Origin: Candidatus Woesearchaeota archaeon
GTDB taxonomy: Archaea; Nanobdellota; Nanobdellia; SCGC-AAA011-G17; PNOQ01
Assembly: GCA_043812195.1 (NCBI GenBank)
Contig: JBDRML010000029.1
Span: 32,001 to 96,000, forward strand
Direction: 5' to 3'
Length of the DNA stretch: 64,000 nt
The notes under the pieces are model-generated. The model saw only the letters and a list, made by a program, of their open reading frames with translations. It made no database searches and was not told where the DNA came from. The first letter of the stretch is position 1, and each line of letters begins with the position of its first letter. The position numbers were made by a program, and so were the translations under genes. Of this stretch, positions 49,857 to 59,233 are shown one piece after another.

Positions 49857-51731
49857 TTACTTTCTTTTTCTCTTTCTTTTCTTTTTTCTTTTTTCTTTTC
49901 TTTTTCTCTTTCTTTTTCTCTTTCTTTTAATAAACCGATAAATCAAGAAAAACAGCAAAAGCAATATTAAAATTATAAAAACAATAAAACCATATTCAAG
50001 TTTAGATACTGGCATAGGATTTTCTTCACTACTAATTATTGTAAACCTATCACTTCCAAAAATCTCTTGTTCCTCATAATTTAAATAACATATAAAATCA
50101 TAGTCTCCATCAGTTGCATTTAATGGTACATTAAGGGTTCTTAAAATACTTACTTGGGTTTCAACTGCTAAATATTCAGCATAATAGTCTAAAATACTAT
50201 TCACAGAATCTTCAATATTACATTTTAAAAATACATCAACAGGTTTTAAATCTCCAAAGTTTATAAGCTGCACTTTAGCCATAACTTCCTGACCAGCTTC
50301 AACAATTTTTGTACTATCTTCTACTTCAACATTAACATCAAATAAAGCATTTAAATCTCCATTATCACCATCTTCATCGCCATTATCGTCTGCTCCACCC
50401 CCACCACTGCCTCCTGAATTACCATTTAAATCCCCATTAGGAGGTTCAACTGGTGGTTCTTCACTTTCAACATCAACAATTAAATTATAAGTTAAAGATG
50501 CACCAAAATTACCTTGAATATCATCACATCTAACATACCATTCATATTCACCATTATCCAAATTTAGATTAAATTCTCCAACATCCCAATTCACTTCACT
50601 CATATTCTCATCATCAACAAATATAGAACAAATATCTAATTCATATGCCCCTTGTACAACACTATAACTAAAAATAATATCATTACTATTTTCTTCTATA
50701 TATTCATCTTCAGGACTAATCAAATTAATAACAGGAAGATTAGTTAGAACTTCTAATCTAATTTCATTACTTTCTATATATAATTCCCCATTAACTTCTG
50801 TAGCTCTAAAAATAATAGTCTCACTACCTGTCCATCCTTCAGGAGAACTAAAAGAAACAACACCATTATCAATATCTACTTGAATATTTAAATTCCCACT
50901 TACACTATAAATTAATTCATTATCCAAATCTTCAAAATAATCATTTAAATCAAAAGCATATTCTAACCCACCTTCAGACTCTGTCCATTGTTGATTCTCA
51001 ATATTATTAATAAAAGAAGGAATATAATTTATTCCAATTACATAATTAAAACCTATACCATCGATAATTTCATCAGAATAACTATTATTCAAAGTATAGC
51101 CTTCTTTACTTACAATAAAATCATGTGAAGCACTTTCAAGAGCATAATATTCATCCACATTATTTATTGTTTTAGCAAAAACTGCATATGGTTCATCATA
51201 ATTAATAATCTCACCATCTAAACTAAAGTCTGCATCATAAATATTAATTCCTCTGCTATCAACAACATCAAAGTTAACATACCAATAAATATCTAATCCG
51301 TTAACAATAGAAACACTAAAACTACTTTCATCAATTATAACATTAATAAAATCAGAATCCTTAATAGTACATTCTGAATTAGCTCCAGCATAAAAACGTA
51401 TAGGATTATAAGATCTTATAGTAGCTCCATCAATATCTAAACCTCCTAAACTATTAATTTTTAAAAATAATTCATCTCCTTCCAAACCATTAAAAACTAA
51501 TGCAGAATTTAAAATCTCTAAATTACCAATTTCAGAAACTTGAATATTATTCCTAATAGGCAAATAAGTATCTTCATTAATAATTTGATTATCTACTATT
51601 AACCAAATAGACCATTCATATTTAGGAGCATATTTTGGTTGTTCAACAACATAAACCAAAGTTAAGATTAACGCTAAAAACAAAAAAGCAATCCACACCT
51701 TTTTATTTTCCCAAATACTCTTTTTAATCAT
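49857..51731 (-). CDS. Acidic surface protein with Ig/cadherin-like domains, C-terminal TM and poly-K/R tail
   Basis: N-terminal TM, D/E/N-rich beta domains, GGSGGGG linker, KRKRKR... tail. Confidence 0.7.
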   Translation of the reverse strand: MIKKSIWENKKVWIAFLFLALILTLVYVVEQPKYAPKYEWSIWLIVDNQIINEDTYLPIRNNIQVSEIGNLEILNSALVFNGLEGDELFLKINSLGGLDIDGATIRSYNPIRFYAGANSECTIKDSDFINVIIDESSFSVSIVNGLDIYWYVNFDVVDSRGINIYDADFSLDGEIINYDEPYAVFAKTINNVDEYYALESASHDFIVSKEGYTLNNSYSDEIIDGIGFNYVIGINYIPSFINNIENQQWTESEGGLEYAFDLNDYFEDLDNELIYSVSGNLNIQVDIDNGVVSFSSPEGWTGSETIIFRATEVNGELYIESNEIRLEVLTNLPVINLISPEDEYIEENSNDIIFSYSVVQGAYELDICSIFVDDENMSEVNWDVGEFNLNLDNGEYEWYVRCDDIQGNFGASLTYNLIVDVESEEPPVEPPNGDLNGNSGGSGGGGADDNGDEDGDNGDLNALFDVNVEVEDSTKIVEAGQEVMAKVQLINFGDLKPVDVFLKCNIEDSVNSILDYYAEYLAVETQVSILRTLNVPLNATDGDYDFICYLNYEEQEIFGSDRFTIISSEENPMPVSKLEYGFIVFIILILLLLFFLIYRFIKRKRKRKRKRKEKRKKKRKRKRK

Positions 51732-51766
51732 TAAAAAATAATTAAATCTCTGATTTTTATATATTT

Positions 51767-52717
51767 CTATATAAATAAACTACTAACAGATTCAGAAGTA
51801 TGAATTCTCTTTATAGCTTTTGCTAATATTTCAGCTATAGAAATAATTTTTATTTTTTCTAATTTTTTATGTTCTGGTATTTTAATTGTATTAGATACAA
51901 CTACTTCAGTTATATCAGAATCTTTTAAACGTTCTATTGCTGAACCTACAAATACTGGATGTGTACCACTCAGACAAATCTTTTTAGCTCCGTTATTCTT
52001 TAAAATCTCTTTAACATTGCATAAGGTTCCTGCTGTGCTAATAATATCATCAAATATTATTATATTTTTATCCTTAATATCTCCCAAAAGAGTGCATTTT
52101 TCTATTTTATCATGTCCATCCACATCATATGATCTCTGTTTAATAACAATAACTAATGGTAAATGTAGTTTCTTAGCTAATTCATTAGATAATTTAACAC
52201 TTCCCTCATCAGGAGCAACTACGACATAATCAGATAAATCTCTCTCTTTAAAATAATCAATAAATAAAGGCAATGATTGGAGATTATCTAAAGGTATATC
52301 AAAAAAACCCTGAATTTGAGCAGCATGTAAATGAACAGTTAATACTCTATCAGCACCAGCACTTGTAATTAAATCAGCAACAAGCTTGGCAGATATCGGC
52401 TCTCTTGATGTTGCTTTTCTATCCTGTCTGCTATATCCATAATAAGGTAGAACAACTGTTATCCTTTCTGCTGAAGCTCTTTTTAAAGCATCCATTAATA
52501 TTAACAATTCCATAAGATTTTCATTTACAGGCTCTGATGTTGGTTGGATAATAAAAACATCTTGTCCCCTCATATTTTCATTTATTCTTGCATAAGATTC
52601 ACCATCAGAAAATCTTGTTAATATTCTATCTGAAAGAGGAACATCTAAAATTCTTGAGATTTCTTGAGCTAAAGGGATATTTGCATTACCAGAAATTAAT
52701 TTAATATTATTCTGCAT
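51767..52717 (-). CDS. prs: Ribose-phosphate pyrophosphokinase
   Basis: FSDGE, PYYGYSRQDRK, VAPDEG, DDIISTAGT. Confidence 0.95.
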   Translation of the reverse strand: MQNNIKLISGNANIPLAQEISRILDVPLSDRILTRFSDGESYARINENMRGQDVFIIQPTSEPVNENLMELLILMDALKRASAERITVVLPYYGYSRQDRKATSREPISAKLVADLITSAGADRVLTVHLHAAQIQGFFDIPLDNLQSLPLFIDYFKERDLSDYVVVAPDEGSVKLSNELAKKLHLPLVIVIKQRSYDVDGHDKIEKCTLLGDIKDKNIIIFDDIISTAGTLCNVKEILKNNGAKKICLSGTHPVFVGSAIERLKDSDITEVVVSNTIKIPEHKKLEKIKIISIAEILAKAIKRIHTSESVSSLFI

Positions 52718-52772
52718 TATCAAAACTTGAAAACACAATAACTATTTAAAGTTTTATTCGCTATAATATACT

Positions 52773-53075
52773 ATGAATGAATTTAAAGAAAAGGTCTACA
52801 AAATCTGCAAAAAAATACCTAAAGGCTATGTAAGCACTTATGGAGAGATAGCAAAAGCTCTTAATTCAAAAGCTTATAGGACAGTTGGCAACGCAATGAA
52901 CAAAAATCCATATGCGCCAATAGTAGCTTGCCATCGCGTAGTAAACTCAAATGGAAACATTGGTGGTTTTGCATCAGGAACTAAAAATAAAATAAAACTG
53001 CTAAAAAAAGAAGGCATAAAAATAAAAGATAACAAAATTCAGGATTTTGATAAAGTGTTTTTTAGATTAAGGTAA
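52773..53075 (+). CDS. ogt: O6-alkylguanine-DNA alkyltransferase, C-terminal domain only
   Basis: IPKGYVSTYGEIA, RTVGNAM, NP...ACHRVV. Confidence 0.85.
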   Translation: MNEFKEKVYKICKKIPKGYVSTYGEIAKALNSKAYRTVGNAMNKNPYAPIVACHRVVNSNGNIGGFASGTKNKIKLLKKEGIKIKDNKIQDFDKVFFRLR

Positions 53076-53084
53076 AAAAGTAAT

Positions 53085-53393
53085 TTATTTTAGAAGTCCA
53101 TAATAAGGCATTCCATTTTCATCCGTTTGAATACCATATCCTTCTTGATAATACGTAGAATTGTTTGGTATTTTTTTACAAAGGATAAAACTTTTTCTAG
53201 TTTCAATTGTTCCTTTTAAATCCATATTTCCATTTCCATCTTTAACAATTATACTATTTAAACATTCAACAATCTCTATTAAACGATAACGGGGACTTTT
53301 TCTACCAGTTGTTCCATTAAAATCATCATAATCTCTTTCATTACCATCATTATTCCAAAAGCCAAACCCTGGATTTCTATTTTCTCTAGACAT
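53085..53393 (-). CDS. Hypothetical protein
   Basis: 102-aa ORF with upstream TATA/BRE. Confidence 0.55.
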   Translation of the reverse strand: MSRENRNPGFGFWNNDGNERDYDDFNGTTGRKSPRYRLIEIVECLNSIIVKDGNGNMDLKGTIETRKSFILCKKIPNNSTYYQEGYGIQTDENGMPYYGLLK

Positions 53394-53537
53394 TTTTAAA
53401 TTTACTTCAAAAATTATATAGTTTTCTCCTTTATAAATCTTTCTATTTGTAACTACTTATTAATAACACCAACCACAATAAAATACAAAATTTTGATAAA
53501 GTTTTTTACAAAATAAAAAAAAGAAAAATTAGTTAAA

Positions 53538-54308
53538 TTATACCCCATTTTCAGACGCACTGGTTCCGCCAGTTTTCTGTACCCCGTAAGCACAACCGTA
53601 GTCACCATCAAGGCCAAAATATCCTTCGAAATAAAGCTTACTCTCACCGGCGCAGGTACAGTTACGCAAAATAGAAACAGAATATTCTGGAGAATATTCT
53701 GATTTTGATCCTTTTATAAGGTTTGTTCCACCTCCACCTGTTTGGGGCTTACATCCAAATTTAGAAACAACTTCCCCTATTTTCTCTGCTCCTTCTGGTC
53801 CAAAGCTTGCGACCATGAAACCATCTTTTGATAATGATTCTGGAGTGTGGTCTCCTAATTTGTAACTTTCTTTTGGAGCAAAACTAACTGATCTGTCTTC
53901 ACTGAATCTTACTCCATCAACTTCTCTTCCGCTTCTTAGTCTTTCTTCTAATTCGTCTCTATCTAATGCCCAACTAATTCCTATTGCTTCTGGATCATGA
54001 GCAACATAAACCCCTTCATGAGTCCATAAATTTCTGTTAAATACCCAAAGCATATTATTATCAATAATATCTTGAACTCCTCTGAACTCTAGTTCTGAAG
54101 AATTATAAGCTCCATAAAGTAATGAAGCTGTTTGATATCCTGTTGGGATACTTAAACCCTTTTCCAAAATTTTTTTCCCAATAGTTCTATAATTATGGGG
54201 TCCAAATGACGGATAAACAAATACTAATTCTACATCTCTATGTACTATTTCTCTATGAGGCACTATTAGTTCAGCCATCCTTCCTTCAACTCTTGGTTTA
54301 TTTTTCAT
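53538..54308 (-). CDS. DGR-target-like protein (paralogue of 62834-63517)
   Basis: Shares LIVPH, GP.NY, TASL.YGA, G.EGA.K.GE and C-terminal G.A(Y/F)GVQ with 62834-63517; downstream ACTGG/CCAGT hairpin. Confidence 0.6.
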   Translation of the reverse strand: MKNKPRVEGRMAELIVPHREIVHRDVELVFVYPSFGPHNYRTIGKKILEKGLSIPTGYQTASLLYGAYNSSELEFRGVQDIIDNNMLWVFNRNLWTHEGVYVAHDPEAIGISWALDRDELEERLRSGREVDGVRFSEDRSVSFAPKESYKLGDHTPESLSKDGFMVASFGPEGAEKIGEVVSKFGCKPQTGGGGTNLIKGSKSEYSPEYSVSILRNCTCAGESKLYFEGYFGLDGDYGCAYGVQKTGGTSASENGV

Positions 54309-54448
54309 TGTTATTCATCTCCTACCACTTTTTAGTCAGTGGCTTTGTTTTTATTACTATTAAATAGTAATCCAACTATAATAAACCATATTATAAGAAT
54401 TTAGGACAAATAGAAATATTTATAAAGAATAGTTCTATATGTAATAAT

Positions 54449-55420
54449 ATGAAACTAGATAAACTTGACTATAAAATATTAGAAGAATTAGATTATAATG
54501 CTAGAATTCCCCAATCAGAACTAGCCAAAAAACTAAATTTGTCAAAACAAAACATCAGCTATAGAATTAATAAATTAATAAAAAACAAAATAATTCAAGC
54601 TTTTATAACAGGAATAAATATGCATAAATTAGGATATTTAACCTATAGAATATATCTAAGAATAAATATAAACAAATCCAAAGAAATAATAGATTATTTC
54701 AAAAATCTTAACAATACACTATGGGTAGTTTCATTGTCAGGAATGTGGGATTTAGAAGTTGTAATTTTAGCAAAAAATTATATAGAACTAAATAATATCG
54801 TAAAAAAATCAAAAGAAGATTTAGGAATTTATTTCACAAAAATAAACATTTCAACTTCAATTTTTAATTATCAATTCAAAAGAGATTATTTACTAAACAA
54901 AGAAAGAAAGTTGTTTATTCCTTTTTATTATGGATTTGAACCAAAAAAAGAAGATTTAGATGAATTAGATATTAAAATATTATACGAATTATCAAAAGAT
55001 TGCAATAGAAGCAACCAAGAAATAGGAAAGAAATTAAAAACAACATATCATACCATAAAACAAAGAATAAATAAAATGGAAAAACTAAAAATAATAATAC
55101 ATCATAGAATATTCATAAATCTAGAAAAAATAAATAGAAAATTCTACAAAGCTACAATAACTTTAAATAATTCTACAAAAGAGAAAGAGAAAGAATTATA
55201 TAATTTTTGCAGCAGTTTTAACTTTATAGTTTATTTAGTTGAAGTTTTAGGAGATTGGCAACTTGAAATAGAAGCAGAGGTAGAATCCCAGAATCAATTC
55301 AATGATTTTTTAATACAATTAAGAAAAAAGTTTCCAGATTTAATACAAGACTATCAAATCATACAAGCAACAAAAGAACACAAAATAGATTTTTTCCCAG
55401 GAAATATTAAATTAACTTAA
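54449..55420 (+). CDS. Lrp/AsnC-family regulator with duplicated HTH
   Basis: LDKLDYKILEELDYNAR and LDELDIKILYELSKDC repeats. Confidence 0.85.
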   Translation: MKLDKLDYKILEELDYNARIPQSELAKKLNLSKQNISYRINKLIKNKIIQAFITGINMHKLGYLTYRIYLRININKSKEIIDYFKNLNNTLWVVSLSGMWDLEVVILAKNYIELNNIVKKSKEDLGIYFTKINISTSIFNYQFKRDYLLNKERKLFIPFYYGFEPKKEDLDELDIKILYELSKDCNRSNQEIGKKLKTTYHTIKQRINKMEKLKIIIHHRIFINLEKINRKFYKATITLNNSTKEKEKELYNFCSSFNFIVYLVEVLGDWQLEIEAEVESQNQFNDFLIQLRKKFPDLIQDYQIIQATKEHKIDFFPGNIKLT

Positions 55421-57005
55421 ACAACCCACTCAAATTCAACTCAAACCCAACAACAGGATTTTTCAAATCAAAACTACTCAAACATCTAGGATGAATTTCT
55501 CCAATATAAGCGACATCTTTACCTTTAACAGAAACTCTTCCAACTCTTCCATCAATAAATGATTTATGTTCAACAGCTCTAACTTTATAATCTAAATCCA
55601 AAGCTCTAAACAAACCATCTAAAATCTGTCTAGCATCAGTATAATTTCCAGGACACAATAAAATAGCTAATCTATCTTTTTCTTCATCATTAGAAAACAC
55701 AGTACCAATCTCAAATATATTTTGTGGATACATATGATGTTTATTATTTCCCAAAACTTCCAATAAACTAGGAATCATCCAACCACGCAAAACATTATAT
55801 TCTTTATTCAAAGCATTTTCAATTTCAACTAAATCTAAATTAATTCCCATTTTAGAAGTCTGATTCTCTTTATTAGTCAAATTATAAGTATTAGTCTCCA
55901 ATAAACCATATCCAACTAAAATATTAGCAACTTTACTTTTAAATTTCTCAAATAAATCTTCAGCTGCAATTGTAGCAACATTCGGAATCTCAGCTTCAAA
56001 ATTTTCATATCCATAAGCAATAGCTATATCCTCAACTAAATCAATCTCACTTAAAACATCAGCTCTATAAGCAGGAACTAATGCAAATCCATTTCCATAA
56101 CCAATTCCCATCATACTTAATAATTCTTTAATTTTAACTTCATTCAAATCCAGACCTAAAATTTTATTAACATAATCTCTATTAACTTTCATTCTAACAG
56201 GTTTCAAATCAGGATAACTCTTTCCATCAACATTGACAGAATAAATCTTACCATTTCTATCAGCTAAACTACAAACAACAATATTCAAAGCTTGTTCAAC
56301 AGCATTCAAATCCCATCCAGTTACATCAATAAACAAATTCTTAGTTTTCTTATGAACTCTTGTCTCTTGAGAATTAATTATTGGAGGCATAGACAATACT
56401 TGCTTCTTAGAATCAATCCAAATAGGATACTCTTCAAATTTCTCTAATAATTGTGCATATTCTTTTCCTTTAGGATGTTTATTCAAAATCTGATTTAAAT
56501 TCATTCTATCAGAATATTCCAAAGGAGTAAACTTAAAACTAACAGGCTTAGTAGTAAAAGTAATAGGAAATTTAATTTTATCTAAATCATAAACTCCAAT
56601 AGAAACCTTTTCTCTATTTCTTCCATGTGTCATATGTAATTTTTCTTGAACTTGCATCAAAGATTTTAAAATCTCATCATCTAATTTAACATTTTTAACA
56701 ACTGTAGCAACAGCATAAGGTCTTACTTTAGAAACTTTTTTATCAATTTTAGCAACATAATTTCCTTTCAAAACTTTATAATCCTTCAATCCTTTTTTCA
56801 CACCAATAAAACTTTTCAAAGCTCTTGAGAAACCTTCAACACTTAACATATCAGGCCTATTAGGAAAAACTTCAACTTCAACTTCCTTTCCAACTTTCTC
56901 TAAATCAGTTCCCAACATAGAAATTCTATCTTTTAATTTCTCATCAGACAGCTGTCTACCAATAAGCTTCAACAAGTCCTGTTTATCTATTACTATATTT
57001 GGCAT
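55407..57005 (-). CDS. pheT: Phenylalanine-tRNA ligase beta subunit
   Basis: PNRPDMLS, QEKLH, SMPPIINS, YRADVL..DLVEDIAIAYGY, GEIHP. Confidence 0.95.
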   Translation of the reverse strand: MPNIVIDKQDLLKLIGRQLSDEKLKDRISMLGTDLEKVGKEVEVEVFPNRPDMLSVEGFSRALKSFIGVKKGLKDYKVLKGNYVAKIDKKVSKVRPYAVATVVKNVKLDDEILKSLMQVQEKLHMTHGRNREKVSIGVYDLDKIKFPITFTTKPVSFKFTPLEYSDRMNLNQILNKHPKGKEYAQLLEKFEEYPIWIDSKKQVLSMPPIINSQETRVHKKTKNLFIDVTGWDLNAVEQALNIVVCSLADRNGKIYSVNVDGKSYPDLKPVRMKVNRDYVNKILGLDLNEVKIKELLSMMGIGYGNGFALVPAYRADVLSEIDLVEDIAIAYGYENFEAEIPNVATIAAEDLFEKFKSKVANILVGYGLLETNTYNLTNKENQTSKMGINLDLVEIENALNKEYNVLRGWMIPSLLEVLGNNKHHMYPQNIFEIGTVFSNDEEKDRLAILLCPGNYTDARQILDGLFRALDLDYKVRAVEHKSFIDGRVGRVSVKGKDVAYIGEIHPRCLSSFDLKNPVVGFELNLSGLFKLI

Positions 57006-57086
57006 TTTAAAACTAAGATTGTTTTTATTTATAAAGATTACTTTATAAGAGAAAAAAATAGCAATCCTAATGACTACTAATCATTT

Positions 57087-58223
57087 TTAAATATACTTAG
57101 ATTCCTTATAAATTTTTAAATGCCTGTTCATCTCTACATCAGAAGTTTTTTCTGGAAACATAATCTCAAATTTTTTTACTATTTCTTTTCTAAGTTTATA
57201 TGTATTAGCATGTTTCATATAAGCAAAAGAACCTTGTAAATTATCATAAATTTGGTTATAATCTATTCTATTACTTAAATGTAACAAATAAAGTTTATTC
57301 AGTTTATTATAGATATTTTTTCTATTAAACTTCTTTAATAATTTGTAATAATAAAAAACTCTAAAACCAACAAAATTGATTGGGTCATTTAAGGAAATTA
57401 TTTTAGATTTGTCAGGATGTAGCTCTATTTTCAATTCTTTTTTAAGAAAATTATCAATGTCTTCTTTCCATCTTATTAATTGTTGTTTAGAAGAATGCAA
57501 TATTACAAAATCATCAACATAACGAATATAGTATTTTGCTTTTAATTTATGCTTAACAAACTTGTCTAATTCGTTTAAATAAATATTTGCAAAAAATTGA
57601 GAAGTTAGATTACCCAATGGCATACCTTTGTTTTTATTAATCCGGTTCGCTTTCCCTTTATAATTGTCCAAAATCTTTTTGATAAGCCATATGGTTTTAG
57701 AACATTTAATTTTCTTCTTAATTATCTTCAATAAAATTTCTTGATCTATATCTTCAAAATAATGCTTTATATCTGCTTTTAAACAATAGCCTTTAACTTG
57801 GTTATTATTGTACCATCCATTAATTTTTCCATTCCTTGATACTTTTCTTTTAAACTGATCAAATCTTTCTAATGCTGCTATTGTTCCTTTGCCCTTTCTG
57901 TTGGCATAAGAATCAGAAATAAAAGTTCTATCAAAAATAGGTTCTATCACATTACATAAAGCATGATGAATTATTCTATCTCTAAAATCTGACTTGCTTA
58001 TTTTTCTTGTTTTAGGATCTCTTATTATAAAATTTTTCAATGGTTTTGGTTTGTAAGAATGCAGCAATAATTCAGTTCTTAATTCCAAAATATTTTCTTC
58101 TAAGTTTTTTTCAAATTTCTTTACATCACTTTTATTTGATTTGCCTTTTTTTGATTTTCTAAAAGCTAAATATAAATTCTCTTCTGAATTAATCTTTGAA
58201 TACTGATCACTATATGATTTCAT
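57087..58223 (-). CDS. DGR reverse transcriptase (378 aa from ATG 58223)
   Basis: FRDRIIHHAL, KADIKHYF, GMPLGNLTSQ, YIRYVDDF; adjacent TR/VR pairs. Confidence 0.93.
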   Translation of the reverse strand: MKSYSDQYSKINSEENLYLAFRKSKKGKSNKSDVKKFEKNLEENILELRTELLLHSYKPKPLKNFIIRDPKTRKISKSDFRDRIIHHALCNVIEPIFDRTFISDSYANRKGKGTIAALERFDQFKRKVSRNGKINGWYNNNQVKGYCLKADIKHYFEDIDQEILLKIIKKKIKCSKTIWLIKKILDNYKGKANRINKNKGMPLGNLTSQFFANIYLNELDKFVKHKLKAKYYIRYVDDFVILHSSKQQLIRWKEDIDNFLKKELKIELHPDKSKIISLNDPINFVGFRVFYYYKLLKKFNRKNIYNKLNKLYLLHLSNRIDYNQIYDNLQGSFAYMKHANTYKLRKEIVKKFEIMFPEKTSDVEMNRHLKIYKESKYI

Positions 58224-58230
58224 GAATATA

Positions 58231-58423
58231 CCTGGTAAAGGGTAATAAGCTATTCGACCATTCAAGTTAGAGTTGTCTAAGTTGTTCCAGTTGGAGTTAA
58301 GATTCAAGTTCCTGTTAAGGTTCAGCCTGGAAAGGCCACCACTTCATTATTCTCATGAGATACTAAATGTTGCAGTTGAATTTTATGTATCAACAGACTT
58401 GTAGCCTAGCCCTTAAGACCAGG
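58231..58423 (-). ncRNA. Putative DGR RNA: template repeat with complementary flanking arms
   Basis: 5' arm CCTGGT-CTT-AAGGG-C-TAGGCTA pairs with 3' arm TAGCTTA-TTA-CCCTT-T-ACCAGG. Confidence 0.6.
58255..58337 (-). repeat. DGR template repeat (TR)
   Basis: 83-bp core with 11 AAY codons; differs from both VRs only at TR adenines. Confidence 0.95.
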
Positions 58424-58455
58424 AATTAGAATAGACAAGTATTAATTTTTAAAGT

Positions 58456-59232
58456 TTATGTTTTTTCTGGCACGGTGGCTTCGCCACTTAAAATTACTAC
58501 CCGACCAATCAAGCCAGAGTCGTCTAAGTCGTTCCAGCCGGAGCTAAGATCCAAGCCCCCGTCAAGGTACAGCCCGGAAAGGCCGTCTTTTCTTGTGTAC
58601 CAAACTCTAGAACCATTACGTTCATCTAAATCAACTGGCAAACCTTTTTCATCAACAGTGTCAAATTTATATTCATTCCACTTTCCAGCCAGTCTATCAT
58701 CATGAAGTATTGTAAAATCTTTGTTTGGAACAGCTAACAAACCATATCCTTCTCCAGACTCATCCAATTTTAAATCAAAACCATACATTAAAGCAGGTTC
58801 TCTTTCCAATCTTGATAAATCAACGCCTTTTTGCTCTGCTAAAAATCTAACTAAAGGTTCGTTCTTTGGATATACTGAATCTGCAGTGCCTCTCAAAACC
58901 AAAGCTTGAGAATCAACATAATAACTTCCTTTTATCATTACAAGAACTTCAGGATTGATTAAATCAGCAGGAAGAGCAGTTCTTGGATTTCCTTGAACTC
59001 TTCCATTTTTTAATAATTGATTTACTAAAACACTATCAAAGAAATTTGATCCAACTATAACTCCTTTTTCTTGACTTAATTTTAAATTAGGATTTCCTTG
59101 ATAAGTTACAGCTTTTTCTCTTTGATAAGCTTCATAAACATCAGCTCCAAATCTTCCTTCTAAGAAAGCTGGAGATTTTACTAAATTATCTGGAACATTT
59201 CCAGTAACAACGTATCTTGATAAATCTGCCAT
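58456..59232 (-). CDS. DGR target protein 1
   Basis: C-terminal VR GLSGLYLDGGLDLSSGWNDLDDSGLIGRVV matches TR. Confidence 0.92.
   Translation of the reverse strand: MADLSRYVVTGNVPDNLVKSPAFLEGRFGADVYEAYQREKAVTYQGNPNLKLSQEKGVIVGSNFFDSVLVNQLLKNGRVQGNPRTALPADLINPEVLVMIKGSYYVDSQALVLRGTADSVYPKNEPLVRFLAEQKGVDLSRLEREPALMYGFDLKLDESGEGYGLLAVPNKDFTILHDDRLAGKWNEYKFDTVDEKGLPVDLDERNGSRVWYTRKDGLSGLYLDGGLDLSSGWNDLDDSGLIGRVVILSGEATVPEKT
58502..58584 (-). repeat. DGR variable repeat 1 (VR1)
   Basis: 15 mismatches to TR core, all at TR adenines; hairpin GTGGC-GAA-GCCAC at 58475-58487. Confidence 0.95.
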
Positions 59233-59233
59233 T

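Noticed and set aside
57087-58223. Group II intron or retron RT
   Set aside because: The GNLTSQ motif, short length and adjacent TR/VR pairs indicate a DGR.
58224-58307. Asn-rich N-terminal extension of the RT
   Set aside because: It is the TR read in frame; ATG 58223 is the more plausible start.
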